DNA of 64,000 nucleotides from the human T2T-CHM13v2.0 reference genome, Homo sapiens. The stretch lies in assembly GCF_009914755.1 (NCBI RefSeq), contig NC_060937.1; one strand, written 5' to 3'. This document shows, piece after piece, positions 57,501-64,000 of the stretch (positions within the stretch are counted from its first letter, which is position 1; each line of letters begins with the position of its first letter). Both the position numbers and the translations under genes were made by a program. The notes below the pieces were generated by a model. The model did no database searches and was not told the DNA's origin. It worked only from the letters and a program-made list of their open reading frames with translations.

Positions 57501-60462
57501 ACAGAAACAAGTCTGCATAATAGCCAGCTAACAACATGACGTGTTCAAATCTGCATATATGAATAGTAACCTTAAATGTAAACGGCTAAATGCCATAATT
57601 AAAAGGAACAGAGTGTCAAGTTAGCTGACAATGGTGTGCTGTCTTCTGAAGACCCATCTCACATGCAATGACACCAAGAGGATCGAAGTAAAGGGATGGA
57701 GAAAAATCTACCAAGCAGTTAGAAAATGGAAAAAAGCATGGGTCACGATTCTAATTTCAGACAAAATGTACTTTAAACAAACAAAGATTAAAAAAAAAAG
57801 ACAATATATAATGGTAAAGGGTTCAATTCAACAAGAAGACCTAACTATCAAAAATATATATCCAGACAACAAAGGAACCCCCAGATTCATAAAGCAAGTT
57901 CTTAGATGCCTGGTAAGAGACTTACTTAGATAATTGAATAATAATAGTGAGAGACTTTAACACATCACTGACACTATTAGACAGAAAATCAAGACATAAA
58001 ATTAACAAAGATGTTTGGCACCTGAACTTGACTCTTGACCAAATGAACCCACTTTGCACATGGCACATATTCTAAAGTCGACCACACAACTGGCCATAAA
58101 ATATCCTCAGCAAATTCAATGAAATCAAAATCATACCAACTACTCTCTTGTAACACAACACAATAAAAATAGAAATCAATACTAAGAAAATCACTCAAAA
58201 CCATACAATTACATGGAAATTAAACATCCTGCTCCTGAATAACTTTTGGATAAACCATGAAATTAAGGCAGAAATAATTAAATTATTATTTAATTGAGAA
58301 TAAATATTCAACATACCAAAATCTCTGGGACATAGCTAAGGCAGTGTTAAGAGGAAAGTTTACAATTTTAAATACCTACATCAAAAAGTTAGAACAATCT
58401 CAAATTAACAACCTAACATTACACCTAGAGGAACTAAAGCAAACCAGTCCCACAGTTAGCAGAAGACAAATAATAACTAAAATCTTAGTTGAAGGAAAAC
58501 GAACCCCCCCCAAAAGAAACATACAAAAGATCAAAGAATCCAGGAGTTGCTTCTTTGAAAGAATAAGTAAGATAGACCACTAGCTAGAATAATAAAGAAA
58601 AAAATTTTAAAAACCCACAATCAGAAATGACAAAGGGAACATTTTCAACAACCCTACAAAAACATAAAAAACCTACCATGAACACATAGAGACTGTAAGA
58701 ATAAAATACCTAGGACTACAACTAACCAGGGAGGCAAAAGATCTCTACAACGAGAGTTACAAAACACTGCTCAAAGAAATCAGAGATGATGCAACAAATG
58801 GAAAACCATCCATGCTCATTCATAGGAAGAGTAAATCTTATTAAAATCGCCATATTGCCCAAAGTAATTGTGAGATTTAGTGTTATTCCTATCAAAGTAC
58901 TAAAGGCATTCTTCGCATAATTAGAAAAAAAAACTATTTTCAAATCATATGGAACCAAACAAACACCCAAAATAGGTAAGGCAATCCTAAGCAAAAAGAA
59001 CAGAGTGGGGGCCTCACGTTACTCAACTTCAAATTATATTACAAGTTTACAGTAACCAAGACAGCATGGTATTGGTGCAAAAACAGACACATAGAACAAT
59101 GGAACAGAATAGAGAGCCCATAAATAATACACACACCTACATCCATCTAATCTTCAACTAAGTTGACAAAAACAAATAGTGGGAAAAGTTCTTCCTATTC
59201 AATAAATGGTGATGCAGTAACTGTCTAGCCATAACTAGAAGATTGAAACTAGACCTCTTCCTTACACAATATACAAAAATCAACCCAAGATGGGTTGAAG
59301 ACTTACATGTAAAACCTAAAACTATAAAAATCATAGAAGATAGCCTAGGAAACACCATTCTGGACATAGGACTTGACAAAGATTTCATGACAAAGATGCC
59401 AAAATCAACTGCAACAAAAACAGAAATTGACAAATAGGACCTAATTAAGCTGAAGAACTTCTGCACAGCAAAAGAAACTATCAGCAGAGTAAACAGACAG
59501 CCTGTAGAAGGGGAGAAAATATTTGAAAACTATGCATCTGACAAAGGTCCAATATCCAGCATCCATAAGGAACTTAAACAAATTTACAAGAAAAACACAA
59601 ACAGCCTCATTAAAAAGTGGGCAAAGGACATGAACAGACACTTCTCAAAAGAAGACATACGCACGGCCAACAAGCATATGAAAAAAAAAGCTCAATATCA
59701 CTGATCATTAAAGAAATGCAAATGAAAACCACAATGAGATACCATCTCAAACCAGTCAGAATGGCTAGTATAATAGATAACAGATGCTGGTGAGGATACA
59801 GAGAAAAGGGAACACTTACACACTGCTGGTGAGAGTGTAAATTAGTTCAGCTATTGTGGAAAACAGTTTGGTGATTTCTAAAAGAACTCAAAACAGAATT
59901 AACATTCGGCCCAACAATTCTATTATTAGGTATATACCCAAAGGAATGTAAATCACTTTACATTAAAAACACATGCATATGTATGTTCTTTGCAGCACTA
60001 TTCACAATAAAAAAGACATGGAGTCAACCTAAATGTCCACACACAGTAGACTGCATAAAGAAAATGTGGTACATATACAGAATGGAATATCATGGGGCCG
60101 TAAAAAAAAAGTGAGATTGTATTCTTTGCAGCTATATGGATGAAGCTGGAGGCCATTGTATTATTCAGACTAACACAGCAACAGAAAACCAAATACTGCA
60201 TGTTTTGACTTTATAACTCCCTCTTATAGAGAGAGCTAAATATTAAATACATAAGGACACAAAGAAGGGAACAACAGGTAGTGGGTTCTACTTGAGGGTG
60301 AAAGGTGAGAGGAGGGTGAGGATTGATAAACTACTATCAGATTCTCTGCTTCTTACCTGGATGATGAAATAGTCTGTACACCAAACCCCTGTGAGACACA
60401 ATTTGCCTATATACCAAACCTGTACATGTACCCCTGAACTTAAAATAAAAGTTAAAAAAAAA
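54597..60462 (+). mobile_element. Near full-length old L1PA (L1PA15/16-like) with internal deletions
   Basis: 5'UTR 'aagatggcctactagatgcagcc'; decayed ORF1 from ATG 56172; ORF2 from ATG 57536 (EN remnants 'THLTCNDT..KGWRKIYQA', 'YIMVKGSIQQEDLTI'); 3'UTR ending aataaaagttaaaaaaaa. Confidence 0.92.
56604..56878 (+). mobile_element. 5'-truncated L1PA7/8 3' end nested in ORF1 of the older L1
   Basis: 'caaatacctaatgcatgccgggcttaaaacctagatga' 3'UTR with A tail; TSD aaagaagaatgaa at 56591-56603 and 56879-56891; TT/AAAG site. Confidence 0.93.
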
Positions 60463-61372
60463 GGAAAGTATATGCCTTAGCTACAAACTATTATATAAAT
60501 ATATACTTTAATATATAAACAATATACAATTGAAATTGAGATCATTATTACTGAAAATATTGTTAAGATTATGAAGAAGTGAACACAAGATTTTTTTATG
60601 GTTTTGTTGGACAACTTGTCTTTTTAGAGTATAGATGTTTAGCTCATATTTTTTGTGCCTTGTAAATCATTACATATATAATTATATACAAGCTACAAAA
60701 GGATCTAATATATACTTTCCTACACTATTTTAATATCTGATTTAGACTGAAATTGTACTTTAATTTTATCAAAACTAATTTTTTTCTATATTTATGTGGC
60801 ACATGGAAGTTTAGTCCAAGTTTCAACTACACATAAGTTTTCTAATAACAACCCGGTAGGATTGACACCTGGAAGTGTGACATTTTTAATACCTCTGTTT
60901 TTGTTGAGCAGCAATTTCTGAGCTTAGACAACTCCAACATAAATTTACAATGAACTTTGGTAAACATGTTGAGGTTTTGTGAAAGTTAATATACTTCTAA
61001 ACAGATAATAGAACAATTCCTAAACATTCTTTCTAAATAAAATAATCATTTACAAGCAGGATGATAAATCAGTTTAGAATTTACCCCCGATATTTCAAAT
61101 AATGTCACAAATAACCATATTTGAAGACATTAATAGACTAAATGTTTTCAAGTTTCATTTTCCACATTAAGGATTCAAGTTATGAATTAAATAGCCATCA
61201 AACCAGATTTTAAATTCATTTCCAAATAAGAAATTCTTAGATAATATATGTTATAACTCAAATCCTTAATGCCGAAAATGAAATGTTAAAATAGTGTATC
61301 TCTTCAGTTATATTCCAGTATTGGCTTTTGTGACATAATCTTTGAATATGTCAACAATTTACCATTCTCAGT

Positions 61373-61859
61373 TGTTAAAGAAAAACTTTATCAAATAGAG
61401 TTAAAGAAGCGGGGAAGATTTTCTTCAAGACTATTTCAATAAGGAAGAAAGACTGAATTAATTAAAAACAGTTGGGGGTAGAATTTTTAAAGCATGGGGT
61501 AAGTTCTATGGGATAGAGGTGGGGCATCAATGTGATTAGGAAATCTGTACTTGCCAATTGTAACTTATTAAGTTAGGCTCTTACCCCCTCACAGAGACTG
61601 AGAGAGAGGAGTGATAGCCTTCTTGAATAATTACATTTCAAAAAGATGGCTCCCGAGTCCTTGAGAAAAACATTGCTATGTTGTAAATCTGTCAAGAGAC
61701 TGAGGGAAGATTAACATCTACAAAGGGCAGAGAAAGAATTTGCAATTATAAATTTTCTAAAATAAATGCTCTAAGAAAAGGGAGGTCAGGAGCCAATCAA
61801 GAAGAAGCCTGTGTAAAGTTTAGTTAAGATAAGAAGACCCTTAAACCATCTTGATTACA
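61373..61859 (-). mobile_element. ERV1 solo LTR (MER67/MER31-like)
   Basis: tg...ca bounded, about 490 bp; 'gggcagagaaagaatttgcaatt..aaatgctctaagaaaagggaggtcagg..gaagaagcctgtgtaaagtttagt'. Confidence 0.7.
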
Positions 61860-62034
61860 TTAAAAATGAGATTTCTAACAATCCACTGAGTGAGAAGCCC
61901 TCAGTTAACTTACTACATCACAAATGTAAGTCTTTTATCTCTATATACGAACCATGAAAAAACTTATTAGATAGAGGATGAACCAAAGGAGATCATTTAA
62001 CAAAGATGTTCAACTTTTGCCTATTATGCACTAA

Positions 62035-62326
<292 letters not shown>

Positions 62327-62689
62327 GGTTATTATTCTTTCATGGCAAATAGAAGATTTGTTTTCTCAAGATATCGCCAAAAGAGAATGAAACACATTTT
62401 ATGTAGCTTATTATTTATTTAACATTGCTCTTTATGAGATTACTATGAAATCCTTTAAATATAGAGACTCTACACATTCTCTTATGCTCTAACATTGCCA
62501 AGACCGATTTCAGCTCCTTAGATATTAGATTTCCAACTCCTAGCAATTTTTATTTTAGTTCTACCTAAAAATTAATAAGAATCAACTGCCAGAAAAGAGT
62601 TTTAGTATATTTTTTAAACTTTGATAAATAAATCATAACTTTTTAGAACTTATTGTGTATTATTTTGCATATCACATTTTGTATTGATA

Positions 62690-62860
62690 ATGGTTGAACA
62701 CTTGATGTAAATGCTTAATAGCCAAAGCATAATTTTAGTGCTTAATACTGACATCGTTTCCATGAACAGGCTTATCCGCATTTTACAGATAAGAAAACTG
62801 AAGCAGAGTTGTTAATAAACTTACTCCAGGTCACACATTTTGCCGTGCTGTATGAGAGAC
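62690..62860 (-). mobile_element. MIR
   Basis: 'cattttacagataagaaaactgaagcagagttgttaataaacttactccaggtcacaca'. Confidence 0.8.
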
Positions 62861-63267
62861 TGAGAAGAACTGGTGATGCCAAGTTCCCCTTAAACTATGT
62901 AACTGCATCCCCTAAAGACTGAGAGCCACCATTAACCAGGTGTTCCTATCCTTCTGTGAAGAGTTTATTTGCAGTTTCTATTTGGCTGTGACTTTTTCAT
63001 ATCTGGGATTCCTTTGGAAATATACGTCTATTTCCCACATTACACCATTTTGTTTATATTCTATCAAAGATCCAACTCCTGCTTTCTAGATCATGTACCT
63101 GTGTTGTTATTCAAGTTTTTGTTCCTGTTTCTATAGCATGCTCTGTTTTATTTTTATTTCTCTTCCTTCTTTCCCAATTTGTCCACTAGAAGCTGATTTC
63201 TAGATAGAATTAATCAAGCATTTGTTAAAAGTATCAGGTATTTCTAAATTTTTCCTATCTGTGATGA

Positions 63268-64000
63268 GCCAATGACAAAAACCACATGATTATCTCAATA
63301 GGTGCAGAAAAGACCTTCAATAAAATTCGACACCCTTCATGATAAAAACTCTCAATAAACTAGGTATTGATGGAATGTATCTCAAAATAATAAGAGCTAT
63401 TTATGACAGATCCACAGCCAATATCATACTGAATGGGCAAAAGCTGGAAGCATTCCCTTTAAAACCAGCACAAAACAAAGATGCCCTCTCTCACCACTCC
63501 TAGTCAACATAGTATTGGAAGTTCTGGCCAGGGCAATCAGGCAAGAGAAAGACATAAAGTGTATTAATTTAGAAAGAGAGGAAGTTAAATTGTCTCTGAT
63601 TGCAGATGACATGATTGCATATTTAAAAAACCCCATCATCTCAGCCAAAAATCTCCTTAAGCTGATAAACAACTTCAGCAAAGTCTCAGGATACAAAATC
63701 AATGTGCAAAAATCACAAACATTCCTATACACGAATAACAGACAAACAGAGAGTCAAATCATGAGTGAACTTCCATTTACAATTGCTACTAAGAGAATAA
63801 AATACATAGGAATACAACTTACAAGGGATGTGAAGGACCTCTTCAAGAAGAACTACAAACCACTGCTCAAGGAAATAAGAGAGGACACAAACAAATGGAA
63901 AAACATTCCATGCTCATGGATAGGAAGAATCAATATCTTGAAAATGGCCATACTGCCCAAAGTAATTTATAGATTCAGTGCTATCCCCATCAAGCTACCA
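63268..64000 (+). mobile_element. 5'-truncated L1PA (about L1PA6-8) ORF2 RT region, runs off the window
   Basis: Encodes [60 protein letters not shown] with at least one frameshift. Confidence 0.93.

Overview
AT-rich, non-coding hominoid (very likely human) genomic DNA, either gene desert or deep intron. It is dominated by interspersed repeats: about 14 Alus, L1s of many ages, L2/MIR, MaLR and ERV LTRs, and Tigger/hAT MITEs. I find no host protein-coding exon; the ORF track is almost entirely repeat-derived or chance ORFs. I cannot support a genuinely new biological system. The most unusual items are four. (1) A 'solo' young L1PA2/3 5'UTR (34304-35186) with a perfect 12-bp TSD, no ORF1/ORF2 and no poly(A), which keeps the YY1 site, the antisense-promoter region and an extended ORF0. 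(2) A tailless 35-nt U2 snRNA retrocopy with a 13-14-bp TSD. (3) A complete ancient MLT1 provirus that splits a MIR and carries three younger inserts. (4) An old L1PA15/16 whose RT core is deleted while a 65-bp RT fragment sits inside its own 5'UTR. Subfamily calls are from recalled consensus sequences, not from a RepeatMasker run, and boundaries of old repeats are approximate.
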